A DNA stretch of 53,557 nt from NCBI GenBank assembly GCA_030641525.1, contig DAOWHH010000003.1, positions 1 to 53,557 on the forward strand, given 5' to 3'. How positions within the stretch are numbered: the stretch's first letter is position 1; the number at the start of each line of letters is the position of its first letter. This document shows, one piece after another, positions 1 through 9,476 of the stretch. The notes below the pieces were generated by a model. That model was not told where the DNA came from, searched no databases, and was given only the letters and a program-made list of their open reading frames with translations. This DNA is from a bacterium (GTDB taxonomy: Bacteria; Patescibacteriota; Minisyncoccia; Phycocordibacterales; UBA12079). Both the position numbers and the translations under genes were made by a program.

Positions 1-141
1 TAATACTTTAGCTACATCTCTAATTGAAGACTTTTGCCACAACATCTCTTGTATCGTTTCTCTTTCTTCAATCGCCAAATGTTTATATTTCATATACTTC
101 TATTTTACTAGAAGTGTTGCACTTACTTGTTGAACTAAAGT
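1..141 (-). mobile_element. IS30-family insertion sequence, left end plus 5' part of the transposase (ATG at 93 on -), truncated by the window edge
   Basis: Exact reverse complement of 53417-53557. Encodes MKYKHLAIEERETIQEMLWQKSSIRDVAKVL, which resembles the IS30 N-terminal HTH. The end sequence ACTTTAGTTCAACAAGTAAGTGCAACAC resembles an IS30 terminal IR. Confidence 0.85.
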
Positions 142-179
142 AAAAGTTTATATGCAAAGTATATAATTTCATAAAATTA

Positions 180-210
180 AAAAGGCGGGTACCTAAGGTA
201 CCCGCCTTTT
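180..210. repeat. Perfect palindrome AAAAGGCGGGTACCT-A-AGGTACCCGCCTTTT (REP-like or terminator)
   Basis: 15-bp arms with a 1-nt centre; each arm contains the palindrome GGTACC. A related AAAAGGCG...CGCTTTTC hairpin lies at about 12065-12094. Confidence 0.75.
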
Positions 211-248
211 CCTTTCAACTTTCAATTTTTTACTTTATACTGTCTTGT

Positions 249-839
249 ATGTATTTAATTGTAGGTTTAGGAAATCCTGGGGAAGAATATGAAAAAACTC
301 GTCATAATTTAGGACGAATTCTTTTGGATTATTATGTTAAAAAAAATAATTTTCCTGATTGGGATTTGAGTAGTAAAAAAACTAATCTTTTTTCTGAAGG
401 AAAAATAGGAAAGAAATCTGTTAAATTATTAAAGCCAGAAAAATTTATGAATAATTCAGGCAAGTCTATTCTAGGTGCTGTACTCAAACACAAAGTAAAA
501 TCAGAAAATCTAGTGATTGTTTATGATGATTTAGATTTAGCTTTAGGAGAAATAAAAATTTCCTTTAATAGGGGAGCGGGGGGACATAAGGGGATTGAAT
601 CTATTATTAAAAGTTTGGAGACAAAAAAATTTATTAGAGTGAGAGTAGGAATTACTCCTACTACCCCAACAGGAAAATTGAAAAAACCAAAAGGAGAGAA
701 AAAGATTTTAGATTTTCTTATGTCTGACTTTTCTAAAAAAGATATGGAAATAATCAAAAAAACTAAAACTAAAATTGTTAAGATTTTAGATACTTTGATT
801 TTAGAAGGACGAGCTACAACAATGAATAAATTTAATTAA
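249..839 (+). CDS. pth: Peptidyl-tRNA hydrolase
   Basis: LIVGLGNPG..Y..TRHN, FMNNSG, DDLDL, GGHKG motifs. Confidence 0.97.
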   Translation: MYLIVGLGNPGEEYEKTRHNLGRILLDYYVKKNNFPDWDLSSKKTNLFSEGKIGKKSVKLLKPEKFMNNSGKSILGAVLKHKVKSENLVIVYDDLDLALGEIKISFNRGAGGHKGIESIIKSLETKKFIRVRVGITPTTPTGKLKKPKGEKKILDFLMSDFSKKDMEIIKKTKTKIVKILDTLILEGRATTMNKFN

Positions 840-847
840 AAAAAAAC

Positions 848-907
848 CTCCGGAGGTTGAACCTCCGGAGATAAAAATAAAAACCTCCGGAGGTTCAACC
901 TCCGGAG
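848..907. repeat. REP-like family A inverted doublet (848-870 and 885-907) between convergent pth and rpsA
   Basis: CTCCGGAGGTTGAACCTCCGGAG followed by its reverse complement. Confidence 0.92.
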
Positions 908-925
908 GTTTTTTAATTTATTTGA

Positions 926-2062
926 TTAGGAAACAAATGATAATATCATTTTTTGTGTTTCTGGTTCAAAGATACTTATTTTAAAAGTATAAGATTTTCC
1001 TAATCCTAATGTTTCTCTTAATTTTTCTTCACTTTCAAATTCAGACATATGTACTAATCCTGCTACTCCCTCTTCTATACTGGCTAAAGCTCCATGTTTA
1101 TTGAATTTGATAATAACTCCATTAACCTCATCTCCTTTTTTGTATTTACTTTTTGCTTTTTCCCAAGGGTTTTGACTCAAAGCTTTTATTGAAAGAGATA
1201 TTTTATCATTTTCAATTTCAATTATTTTTACTTTTATTTTGTCTCCTGGTTTAAATAAGGTTTTAGGATCTTCAACTAATGACCAACTTATTTCTGAAAT
1301 ATGAACTAATCCTTCTAATTCATCTTCAATTTTGATGAAAATACCAAAATCTACTGCGCTGGTAACCTCACCTTCAATTTCATCACCGACTGTATATTTT
1401 CCTGTAATTTCTTTCTTTTCAGTTTGATCTAGATTTTTCTCTGAGAAAATTAATTTTCCTTCTTTAGGTAGGGCCCCAATAATTGCTACTGGTAAAGATT
1501 GACCTATTAATTTTTTAAGTTCTTCTAGGATTCTATCTTTATTTCCATCTATAACTCGTGGATAATGTTCAGATTTTAATTGAGAAGCTGGTAAAAATCC
1601 TTGAATACCTTGCCATTCTATTATTAAACCTCCTTTATTAGCTTCTTTTACAGGTAATTCCAAAATAGTTTTGGAATTCATAGCTGTTTCAGCTTCACTC
1701 CAAACTATAGCCTGTCTAGCTTCTTTAAGAGATAATTCAATATATCCATCTTCTCCTGCAATGTTGACTATCTTAGCAACTATATTATCTTCAACATTTA
1801 CATTTTTCAATACATCACGAACAGCATTATATTCTCTACCAAAAATAATTCCTGTTCCAAAAGGTGGTAAATCTACATAGACGGATGATTTATCAATACT
1901 TATTACTTTTCCCTCAATCATAGAATTGATTTGAGGAGGTGTTTGTATTTTGTCAAAGAATCCAGACATCAAAGTTTCTTTTTCGTCTGATTTTTTCTTT
2001 AAAATACTCTTTGTTTTAAATATCTTTTTAAGATTAGTTTCATCGCTTGGTTCTTTATTCAT
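926..2062 (-). CDS. rpsA: 30S ribosomal protein S1 (four S1 domains)
   Basis: Repeated S1 motifs: NKGGLI..GFLPASQL, DFGIFI..EGLVHISEISW, HGALA..GLVHMSE. Confidence 0.92.
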   Translation of the reverse strand: MNKEPSDETNLKKIFKTKSILKKKSDEKETLMSGFFDKIQTPPQINSMIEGKVISIDKSSVYVDLPPFGTGIIFGREYNAVRDVLKNVNVEDNIVAKIVNIAGEDGYIELSLKEARQAIVWSEAETAMNSKTILELPVKEANKGGLIIEWQGIQGFLPASQLKSEHYPRVIDGNKDRILEELKKLIGQSLPVAIIGALPKEGKLIFSEKNLDQTEKKEITGKYTVGDEIEGEVTSAVDFGIFIKIEDELEGLVHISEISWSLVEDPKTLFKPGDKIKVKIIEIENDKISLSIKALSQNPWEKAKSKYKKGDEVNGVIIKFNKHGALASIEEGVAGLVHMSEFESEEKLRETLGLGKSYTFKISIFEPETQKMILSFVS

Positions 2063-2296
2063 AATTCTTAAATAAAATAGAATGTTTTTTTGCTTTTTCT
2101 GTCAAAACTGTTATGCAAAAAAGATTAATTTCTATTTTGATTAATAATAATATAACTATATAGTATACTTAAAAAATTTATATTGTAAACGTTTTTATTT
2201 AAAATAAATTAGTAGTCCTTTTTTTTTCTTTATGGTAATATAGTGGACAATAAATAAAAAAGTAGCAGGCAGTAAGTAATAAGTATTAAGCTAAAA

Positions 2297-2339
2297 TTCA
2301 CTCTCTAAATCAAAACTTCGTTTTGATTTAGAGAGTGAA
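2297..2339. repeat. 20-bp-arm hairpin (TTC/GAA loop) nested between inverted heptamer arrays
   Basis: TTCACTCTCTAAATCAAAAC-TTC-GTTTTGATTTAGAGAGTGAA, flanked by AAGTA-type repeats upstream and TACTTAA-type repeats downstream. Confidence 0.8.
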
Positions 2340-2411
2340 CATTCTTTAGAATGTTTTAGCTGCGAATTTTGCATACTTAATACTTTCTACTTAATACTTG
2401 ATACTTAATTT

Positions 2412-3353
2412 ATGTTTATAATAAAATACAAAAAAATATTTTTTGGAATCTCAACTATATTGGTAGCTTTATCTATTTTTTCTATTTTCTATTTTGGTCT
2501 TAATTTCGGTATTGATTTTAAAGGTGGGGCTATTACAGAAATTGCTTATTTAGAATCAGAAGATGTTTTGGTAGAAATGCCTAGTATTGAAGATCTAAAA
2601 CTTGATTTGCAAAAAATGGAGTTAGGAAGTTTTATTATTCAAGAAGTTTCCACTGTTGCGAAAAATGAGATAGGAGGAATTATTTTAAGAACAAGAGATC
2701 TTTCTGAATCAGAGAGATTGTCTGTTGTTGATATTTTAAATCAAGAAGGTAAATATAAAATAGAAGAAAAAAGATATAATTCTGTTGGACCTACTATAGG
2801 TGAAGAATTAAAAGATAAAGCAATTTGGGCGATTTTGATAGTAGTATTAGCAATTATCTTTTTTATTACTTTTGCTTTTCGTAGAGTAATAGAAGTGAGT
2901 AATACAGCTAATAGAGTGTCTTCTTGGAAGTATGCTTTAGCCGCCATTATAGCCTTGGTTCATGATATTGTTATTCCAACAGGTATTTATGCTTATTTAG
3001 GAAGTATTTTTATAGATTACCAGATTAATACTATTTTTATTATGGCTATTTTAGCTATTTTAGGTTTTTCTGTTAATGATACAATTGTAGTTTTTGATAG
3101 GGTGCGTGAAAATTTAATTTCTTCAAAAAAAGGAAATTTTGACGATATAATTGGAAAAAGTTTAAAACAAACAATTACTCGTTCCATTAATACATCATTA
3201 ACGACTTTAATCGTACTTTTGTCATTATATTTCTTTGGAGGAGAAGCTACTAAACAATTTGCATTGATTCTATCAATAGGAGTAGTGTTTGGAACTTATT
3301 CTTCTATTTTCTTGGCAACACCACTATTAACATTATTGAGGAATAAGAAATAA
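2412..3353 (+). CDS. secF: Protein translocase subunit SecF
   Basis: LNFGIDFKGG, VGPTIGEEL, HDI, GFSVNDTIVVFDRVREN, RSINTS, GTYSSIF. Confidence 0.96.
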   Translation: MFIIKYKKIFFGISTILVALSIFSIFYFGLNFGIDFKGGAITEIAYLESEDVLVEMPSIEDLKLDLQKMELGSFIIQEVSTVAKNEIGGIILRTRDLSESERLSVVDILNQEGKYKIEEKRYNSVGPTIGEELKDKAIWAILIVVLAIIFFITFAFRRVIEVSNTANRVSSWKYALAAIIALVHDIVIPTGIYAYLGSIFIDYQINTIFIMAILAILGFSVNDTIVVFDRVRENLISSKKGNFDDIIGKSLKQTITRSINTSLTTLIVLLSLYFFGGEATKQFALILSIGVVFGTYSSIFLATPLLTLLRNKK

Positions 3354-3599
3354 TTAAAATTCACTATTTTAAAAATTCACCTAAGGTCTAATTCACCTAA
3401 TAAAAGGTCAAAGGTTAAATCTATCTAAGGCAGATAATTTAAAAATTAAAGTTATTTTACTTTTTGAATTAAGCATTTTATTAGATCTTAGGTGAATTAG
3501 GTGAATTAGAAATTTAATTAACTTGAGATTATTTATAAAATTAAAAATTTTATACACTTAATACTTACTACTTACTACTTAATACTGTATACTTAAATT

Positions 3600-4484
3600 A
3601 TGTTATTAAGAGAGATTCAGGAAGCTAAAAAAAATAAAAGAGCAATAGGTCATTTTAATGTTTCTAATCTTGAGATGTTTAAAGCTATACTTCTTGCGGC
3701 TAATGAATTATCAGAAAAAAATGGAAAACCAATTCCGATAATTCTTGGGTTTTCAGAAAACGAAAGGAAATATATAGGAACAGAACAAGCCATAGCTTTT
3801 GCTCAAAATTTTAAAGCAGAAACTAATTATCCTATTTTTACAAGTGCCGATCATTGTCATAGTCAAGAAAGTGCTGAAGATGCAGCTAGAGCTGGTTTTG
3901 ATGCTGTTGTTATAGATAATTCTAGATTACCATTATTGGAAAATATTGAATTTACCAAAAAAACAGTTTTAGCATTAAAAAAAATTCGCTTTGATATTGT
4001 CACTGAAGGGGAAATAGGTTTTATTGGGGCTTCATCTAAAATATTAAAAGAAATTCCAGAAGGGATAAGTGTAAATAAGGAACAATTTACTACCGTAGAA
4101 GATGCTCAAAAATTCGTTATGGAAACAGGAGTAGATTTATTTTCGCCTGCGGTAGGAAATATACATGGAGTTTTGAAAGATTCTTCTAATCCAGCTTTAG
4201 ATATTGAAAAAATTAAACAAATTGCTCAATCTATGAAAAACCCACTTGTTTTACATGGTGCTTCAGGTGTTTCAGATGAGGATATTAAGAAATCAATTGA
4301 AGCAGGGATATCTGTTATTCATATTAGTACGGAATTAAGGATGGCTTTCAAAAATGGAATTGAATCTTTAGTAACAAATTATTTTCCTAATCATCCTGAA
4401 GAAATAGCCCCTTATAAAATAATGGAACCAGTAATTTCTTCAGTAAAAGAGGTTGTAGTAAAAAAACTTAGATTATTCACATAG
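3600..4484 (+). CDS. fba: Class II fructose-bisphosphate aldolase
   Basis: ADH, EGEIG, AVGNIHG and LVLHGASG metal-binding motifs. Confidence 0.93.
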   Translation: MLLREIQEAKKNKRAIGHFNVSNLEMFKAILLAANELSEKNGKPIPIILGFSENERKYIGTEQAIAFAQNFKAETNYPIFTSADHCHSQESAEDAARAGFDAVVIDNSRLPLLENIEFTKKTVLALKKIRFDIVTEGEIGFIGASSKILKEIPEGISVNKEQFTTVEDAQKFVMETGVDLFSPAVGNIHGVLKDSSNPALDIEKIKQIAQSMKNPLVLHGASGVSDEDIKKSIEAGISVIHISTELRMAFKNGIESLVTNYFPNHPEEIAPYKIMEPVISSVKEVVVKKLRLFT

Positions 4485-4530
4485 TATTAGGTATCAAGTA
4501 GCAAGTAGCAAGTAGCAAGTAGCAAGTATT
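4483..4530 (+). repeat. Heptamer tandem repeat (CAAGTAG)n
   Basis: tatcaagtagcaagtagcaagtagcaagtagcaagtatt directly after the fba stop. Confidence 0.85.
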
Positions 4531-4646
4531 ATTTTTTCTTGATTTTATGTGTTTTTTCCTTTATACTGTGTCTAAATTGAGTATTTTAATACTCAATTTT
4601 GAACTTTTAACTTTACGAACTTTATAAACTTTACAAACTAATTATT

Positions 4647-5312
4647 ATGTCATTAACTTTAAATATCAAAAAAAGGGATACTTCTGAATTGTTTCCTAAA
4701 GCAAATAAAATAGAAAGTTTAACTCAATCTTTGAAAGGGGTTTTTTATGGTAAGGAAGAAGAAACTACTTCCATTACTATTCCTTATGCTGATTTTAAAA
4801 AAGTTTGGAGAGAAGCGAGGGGGTCTTCAATTATTATATTAAAAGGAATAGGAGATGATAAGGAAGCTATTATTCAAGATATAGATTTTGATCCTATTAC
4901 AGATAATCCTCGTCATGTTGATTTTTATATTATAGAAAGAGGTAAGGCTATGGAAATAGAAATCCCTCTTGAGTTTGTAGGTATAGCTCCTGCGGTTAAA
5001 GAATTAAATGGAGTTCTTGTAAAAGTTCTGCATGAATTGAAAATAGAAGTTTTACCTAAGGATTTACCAAAAAGTATAGAGGTGGATATTTCTAGTTTAA
5101 TTGATTTTGAAAGTCGTATATTAGCAAAGGATTTGAAATTACCTATTTCTGGAAAAATAATAGGAGATGAAAATGAAGTAGTAGCTGTTGTTAATCCTCC
5201 AGTAGAAGAGGTTGAAGAAACAAAAGAAGAAGCTGAAACAGATATTTCGTCTGTGGAGGTAGAAAAGAAAGGAAAAACTGAAGAAGAAGCAAAGACTGAA
5301 GAGGGAAAATAA
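4647..5312 (+). CDS. rplY: 50S ribosomal protein L25/CTC
   Basis: GVFYGK, DP....HVDFY, IPLEFVG.APAVK..G, LPKDLP..IEVDIS, acidic tail. Confidence 0.93.
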   Translation: MSLTLNIKKRDTSELFPKANKIESLTQSLKGVFYGKEEETTSITIPYADFKKVWREARGSSIIILKGIGDDKEAIIQDIDFDPITDNPRHVDFYIIERGKAMEIEIPLEFVGIAPAVKELNGVLVKVLHELKIEVLPKDLPKSIEVDISSLIDFESRILAKDLKLPISGKIIGDENEVVAVVNPPVEEVEETKEEAETDISSVEVEKKGKTEEEAKTEEGK

Positions 5313-5361
5313 AAGATAGTTAAAATATGCCTCTGGCAGGTTTTTGGTTAATCTTGGTTAT

Positions 5362-5417
5362 AAAAATAATTACTGCACAAAATCCACGACCGTGGATTTT
5401 GTGCAGTAATTATTTTT
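5362..5417. repeat. Perfect palindrome with 27-bp arms (family D, core CCACGACCGTGG)
   Basis: AAAAATAATTACTGCACAAAATCCACG-AC-CGTGGATTTTGTGCAGTAATTATTTTT; a second copy lies at 34031-34066. Confidence 0.88.
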
Positions 5418-5455
5418 GATTTGAAAAAGTTTGGAAATTAGCCTAAAAAACTAAA

Positions 5456-5478
5456 ACTTGGACCTCCAAGGTCCAAGT
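5456..5478. repeat. Palindrome family C, ACTTGGACCT-CCA-AGGTCCAAGT
   Basis: 10-bp arms; a copy with one mismatch lies at about 8228-8250. Confidence 0.8.
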
Positions 5479-5559
5479 AATAATAAATAAAAAAATTAAT
5501 AAAGTAATACATTTTATTTTGACTAATTTTTTTATTTATTTTTTGGTACAATATATATA

Positions 5560-6951
5560 ATGCAAAAATATTTTATTGTTAGTTTTTTTATTTTATTATT
5601 TCTAATATCTTCAGATATGATATTGGCTTTTGAATGTAAAATTTCGGATATAGAGGGAAAGAGTGATGAAGAATTAAAAGCTATTTCTGATCAATGTGAG
5701 ATAGAAGCACAAGAACAGAAAATTTTATTAGATCTAAAACAAAGAGAATCTGTCACAATAGAAAGAGATATTTCTATATTAGATTCTAAAATAACAAAAA
5801 CAGATTTAGGTATTAAAGCTACTAAAGTAAAAATATATCAAATAGGACAAGAAATTGAGGAAAAAGAAGGAAATATTATTATGCTTTCCGAACAAGCAGA
5901 AGAAACAACGGATAATTTATCGGTTTTAGTAAAAAGAGCTAATGAATTGGATTCATATTCTTATTTAGAAGCTATGCTTTCTGAAGATAGTATTTCTCGT
6001 TTTTTTATAGATACTAATAATTTTGATGTTATAAAAAACGATCTTTATAATAAACTTTCAGAATTAAAAAATATAAAAAAAGAAACACAGGATACCAAAA
6101 CTCTTTTAGAGGAAACTGAAAAAAATGAAAGAGGACTTAAATTTACTCAAGAAAAAGAAAAAAGACAGGTTGTCTCATATAAAGATGAAAAAGAGGATTT
6201 ATTAGATTTGAATAGAGATCAAGAACTTGAGTATAAATTAAAAATAGCAGAAAAAGAAAGAGTAAAAAAAGCTATTAGTAATAGATTATTTCGAACTGTG
6301 GGAGGGGTTGAGTTAACTTTTGGTGAAGCTTTAAGTTTAATTCAGCCTTACGAAGAAAGGATTGGAATAGAAGCTGCTTTAACTCTTTCAATTTTATCAC
6401 AAGAATCAGGGATAGATGGAATGATAGGTAAAAACCAAGGTCGTTGTACATATAATCAAGAAGCCACTAATAAATCTGGAACAGTGATGAGTAATTCTCA
6501 GAAATCTTCTTTTTTGAAAATACTTGAAGAATTAAATATGGATTCAAACACCACTCCGGTTTCTTGTCCGATTTATTCTGACGGAGCTTATGGTGGGGCT
6601 ATGGGACCATCTCAATTTATGCCTAATACTTGGTGGGATTTTGAAAATGAAACAGGTTATAAAAATAGGGTAGCAAAAGTTTTAGATAAATTTGTTCCAT
6701 CACCGTTTGATAATTTAGATGCTTTCACAGGAACTGCATTATATCTAAGTGATGCTATGGATAGATGTGAAACTGCTTTTACCAGTCGTTTTGATCTTTG
6801 GAGTTGTTCGGCAGCTAAATATTATTCAGGTCTTTATAATACAACAAGTAATACTCTAACAAGACATATGAGACCTACATATAGTTATGGTTATAAGGTA
6901 GCCAAGAGAGCTGAACAATTTCAGAAGGATATAGATTTACTTAATAATTGA
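5560..6951 (+). CDS. Secreted coiled-coil protein with a C-terminal lytic murein transglycosylase (MltB/SLT-like) domain
   Basis: Signal peptide, long coiled coil, SQESG (putative catalytic Glu), YGGAMGPSQFMPNTW. Confidence 0.8.
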   Translation: MQKYFIVSFFILLFLISSDMILAFECKISDIEGKSDEELKAISDQCEIEAQEQKILLDLKQRESVTIERDISILDSKITKTDLGIKATKVKIYQIGQEIEEKEGNIIMLSEQAEETTDNLSVLVKRANELDSYSYLEAMLSEDSISRFFIDTNNFDVIKNDLYNKLSELKNIKKETQDTKTLLEETEKNERGLKFTQEKEKRQVVSYKDEKEDLLDLNRDQELEYKLKIAEKERVKKAISNRLFRTVGGVELTFGEALSLIQPYEERIGIEAALTLSILSQESGIDGMIGKNQGRCTYNQEATNKSGTVMSNSQKSSFLKILEELNMDSNTTPVSCPIYSDGAYGGAMGPSQFMPNTWWDFENETGYKNRVAKVLDKFVPSPFDNLDAFTGTALYLSDAMDRCETAFTSRFDLWSCSAAKYYSGLYNTTSNTLTRHMRPTYSYGYKVAKRAEQFQKDIDLLNN

Positions 6952-7027
6952 AATTAAAATATTTAAAAAATCAGCTATCCGATAGCCATTGGCTATCGGA
7001 TAGCTGATTTTTTAAATATTTTAATTT
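6951..7027. repeat. Perfect 77-bp palindrome (38-bp arms) with family B core GCTATCCGATAGCCA-T-TGGCTATCGGATAGC
   Basis: Arms checked base by base; the core recurs at 8270, about 9365 and 12435. Confidence 0.92.
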
Positions 7028-7077
7028 TGAATGGATTTGTTGATAAACAAGAATTGAAATTAATAAAATATGTATAT

Positions 7078-7124
7078 AAAAAACGACTTGAATTTAATTA
7101 TAAAAAAAATTAAATCAAGTCGTT
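7078..7124 (-). terminator. Putative terminator of the lipoprotein gene
   Basis: AACGACTTGA...TCAAGTCGTT stem with a T-run on the - strand. Confidence 0.55.
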
Positions 7125-7150
7125 ATAAGTTGAAAGAAGATTTTTTCTTC

Positions 7151-7771
7151 TTATTGGATAGTGGTTGTGAAAGAGAATCTTCCACCAAGACCAGACCAAT
7201 TAGAGACACTAACTTCACATGAATAATCTCCCTCTTCTAATAATAAGAGTTCTAAGTCATTATCACCGAAAGTTAATAACTCTTTTATATCTGAAAATGT
7301 CTCCTCATATTCGTTTTCGCAAAAAAGAAAAGCTGAAGAGTTTTCCAAATCTGCACTCCCAATTATATTCACTGTAACATAAACTCCTGGAGGGAAATAG
7401 ATTCCAGAAGGTGAATAGACCCCTGGATACCCAAACACATTAACACGATATAAGATATTATCTGATGATGTATCGCTTGGTATATCAGGTATGTCATCTG
7501 AAGTATCGTCTGGTATGCCGTCTGATACATCAGGTATGTCATCCGAAGCATCACTTGGTACATCAGATATGTCATCTGAAGTATCGCTCGATACATCAAG
7601 TACATCGTCTGGTACATCGGATATATCGTCTGATGTATCGCCTGATATTATATCTGGCATAGCATTAAATAAATTATTGTCTCCATCAATTTCTTCTTCA
7701 GAACAGCCACTGAAAGCAATAAAAATAATAATTACCCAAAAAATTAAGTGGGTTTTTTTGAGATATTTCAT
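7151..7771 (-). CDS. Putative lipoprotein with acidic 11-aa (33-bp) repeats
   Basis: Lipobox-like IAFSG-C, SDD(I/T)(S/P)DV(P/S) repeats, SD-like AAGGGG upstream. Confidence 0.75.
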   Translation of the reverse strand: MKYLKKTHLIFWVIIIFIAFSGCSEEEIDGDNNLFNAMPDIISGDTSDDISDVPDDVLDVSSDTSDDISDVPSDASDDIPDVSDGIPDDTSDDIPDIPSDTSSDNILYRVNVFGYPGVYSPSGIYFPPGVYVTVNIIGSADLENSSAFLFCENEYEETFSDIKELLTFGDNDLELLLLEEGDYSCEVSVSNWSGLGGRFSFTTTIQ

Positions 7772-7860
7772 TTCAACCCCTTTTGAGAAGATTATTTATT
7801 CTAGTCGGAAACTCCGACCTTTTTCAACTTCAATGAACAATTAACTCATATCTGTTTATC

Positions 7861-7889
7861 ATTTTACTAAGTATATAAACAAATGTCAA
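7861..7889 (-). promoter_or_regulatory. Sigma70-type promoter of the lipoprotein gene
   Basis: TTGACA-17 bp-TAAAAT on the - strand. Confidence 0.7.
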
Positions 7890-8007
7890 GGGATTATGGT
7901 GATATGTATATATGGCAATTTTTCTCATTATAAAGGGAAATCGCCATATATATGTATATTACTAAATTTAATTGATTTTTAGTTTATATTTGGTATAATA
8001 AACCACG

Positions 8008-8217
8008 ATGAAAATTGATACACATCCAGAATATTTTCCAAAAGCAAAAGTAAAATGTGCTTGTGGTAGTGAATTTGAAGTAGGTTCAACTCTAAAAGAA
8101 ATAGAGGTGGAGATTTGTGGTGAATGTCATCCTTTTTATACAGGTAACGAAAAGATAATTGATACAGCAGGAAGAGTAGAAAAATTCAAAACTAGAATGA
8201 AGGCGAAGAAGAAATAA
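8008..8217 (+). CDS. rpmE: 50S ribosomal protein L31 (Zn-binding type)
   Basis: [25 protein letters not shown]. Confidence 0.97.
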   Translation: MKIDTHPEYFPKAKVKCACGSEFEVGSTLKEIEVEICGECHPFYTGNEKIIDTAGRVEKFKTRMKAKKK

Positions 8218-8269
8218 ATAGTCATTTACTTGGTCCTCCAAGGTCCAAGTAAAATATCCTTAAAAATCA

Positions 8270-8300
8270 GCTATCCGATAGCCACTGGCTATCGGATAGC
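8270..8300. repeat. Family B double palindrome
   Basis: GCTATCCGATAGCCACTGGCTATCGGATAGC. Confidence 0.9.
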
Positions 8301-8357
8301 TGATTTTTTTAAATATTTTTCTTGATTATAAGAAATAATTAGGATATTCTTATTGCA

Positions 8358-9359
8358 GTGATAGAAAAACAAAAAAAAGAAAATTTAGAAAAAGAGAATC
8401 AAAATATTGATGAGAAAGTTTTTAATTTGGAAGGATATAAACTAAATCCAAAAACATCTTTTTTAGCTCAAGAGTATGAAAAGATTTCTCATAAAGAAAA
8501 CCAAACGAGAAAGATGTTTGAAAAAGATCCGACTTTGAAAGATTTAGCTAATGAAGAATTGGTTGATTTTGAGTCTCGTAAAAAATCTATCATAGAACAA
8601 ATTAAAGAAATAATTGAATTAACCAAGGAAGAAGAAAAATTTCCTAACGAAATTATTTTAGAAATACGAGCAGGAGCAGGTGGAGACGAAGCATCTTTAT
8701 TTGCTTATAATTTATCTGAAATGTATGAAAGATATGCTGAAAACCAAAATTGGACTTTTAAAAGATTAGATATTTCCCTTAGTTCATCTGGAGGTTATAA
8801 AGAAGCTAGTTTTGAAATAAAAGGTAAAGATGTTTATAAAAAACTTCGTTTTGAAACAGGAGTACACAGAGTTCAGAGAATACCATCAACAGAAAAAATG
8901 GGTAGAGTTCATACTTCAACTGCTTCGGTAGCTATTATGCCTATAAAAAAACATTCTGAAATAATTCTTAGTCCTGATGATTATGAAATGGAATTTTCTA
9001 GGTCTAGTGGAGCTGGTGGTCAGAATGTAAATAAAGTTGAAACAGCAGTAAGGATTGTACATAAAAAAACAGGGATAGATGCTCGTTGTACTGCAGAAAG
9101 AAGTCAGGCAAAAAATCGTGAAAAAGCGATGTCTATTCTTATTGCTAAATTACAACAAAAAAAAGATGAAGAAGAAGCATCAAAATATTCTTCAGAAAGA
9201 TCTTCTCAAATAGGAACTGCTGATCGTTCAGAAAAAATTAGAACTTATAATTATTTGCAAGATCGTATTACAGATCATCGTATTAAAAAATCTTGGCATA
9301 ATATTGAGAAGATATTAGCAGGAGGACTTGATCCTATTATAGAAAACTTTGAAGAATAA
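8358..9359 (+). CDS. prfA: Peptide chain release factor 1
   Basis: EIRAGAGGDEA, ETGVHRVQRIPSTE (PxT motif), GAGGQNVNK, IRTYN. Confidence 0.95.
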   Translation: MIEKQKKENLEKENQNIDEKVFNLEGYKLNPKTSFLAQEYEKISHKENQTRKMFEKDPTLKDLANEELVDFESRKKSIIEQIKEIIELTKEEEKFPNEIILEIRAGAGGDEASLFAYNLSEMYERYAENQNWTFKRLDISLSSSGGYKEASFEIKGKDVYKKLRFETGVHRVQRIPSTEKMGRVHTSTASVAIMPIKKHSEIILSPDDYEMEFSRSSGAGGQNVNKVETAVRIVHKKTGIDARCTAERSQAKNREKAMSILIAKLQQKKDEEEASKYSSERSSQIGTADRSEKIRTYNYLQDRITDHRIKKSWHNIEKILAGGLDPIIENFEE

Positions 9360-9407
9360 ATTGTCGGCTATACGATAGCCTATGACTATCGTATAGCCGA
9401 CAATTTA
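9357..9407. repeat. Family B variant palindrome that includes the prfA stop codon
   Basis: TAAATTGTCGGCTATACGATAG-cctatga-CTATCGTATAGCCGACAATTTA. Confidence 0.8.
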
Positions 9408-9476
9408 CTCTATTTATTAGAAATAAAGTTTTGTAATTTAAAAATATTTGTTAGAATATAGTATAATATAAAATAT

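Noticed and set aside
7369-7844. Overlapping alternative ORFs (7369-7617, 7465-7662, 7491-7844)
   Set aside because: Shadows of the 33-bp repeats. The lipoprotein frame has the promoter, SD and lipobox.
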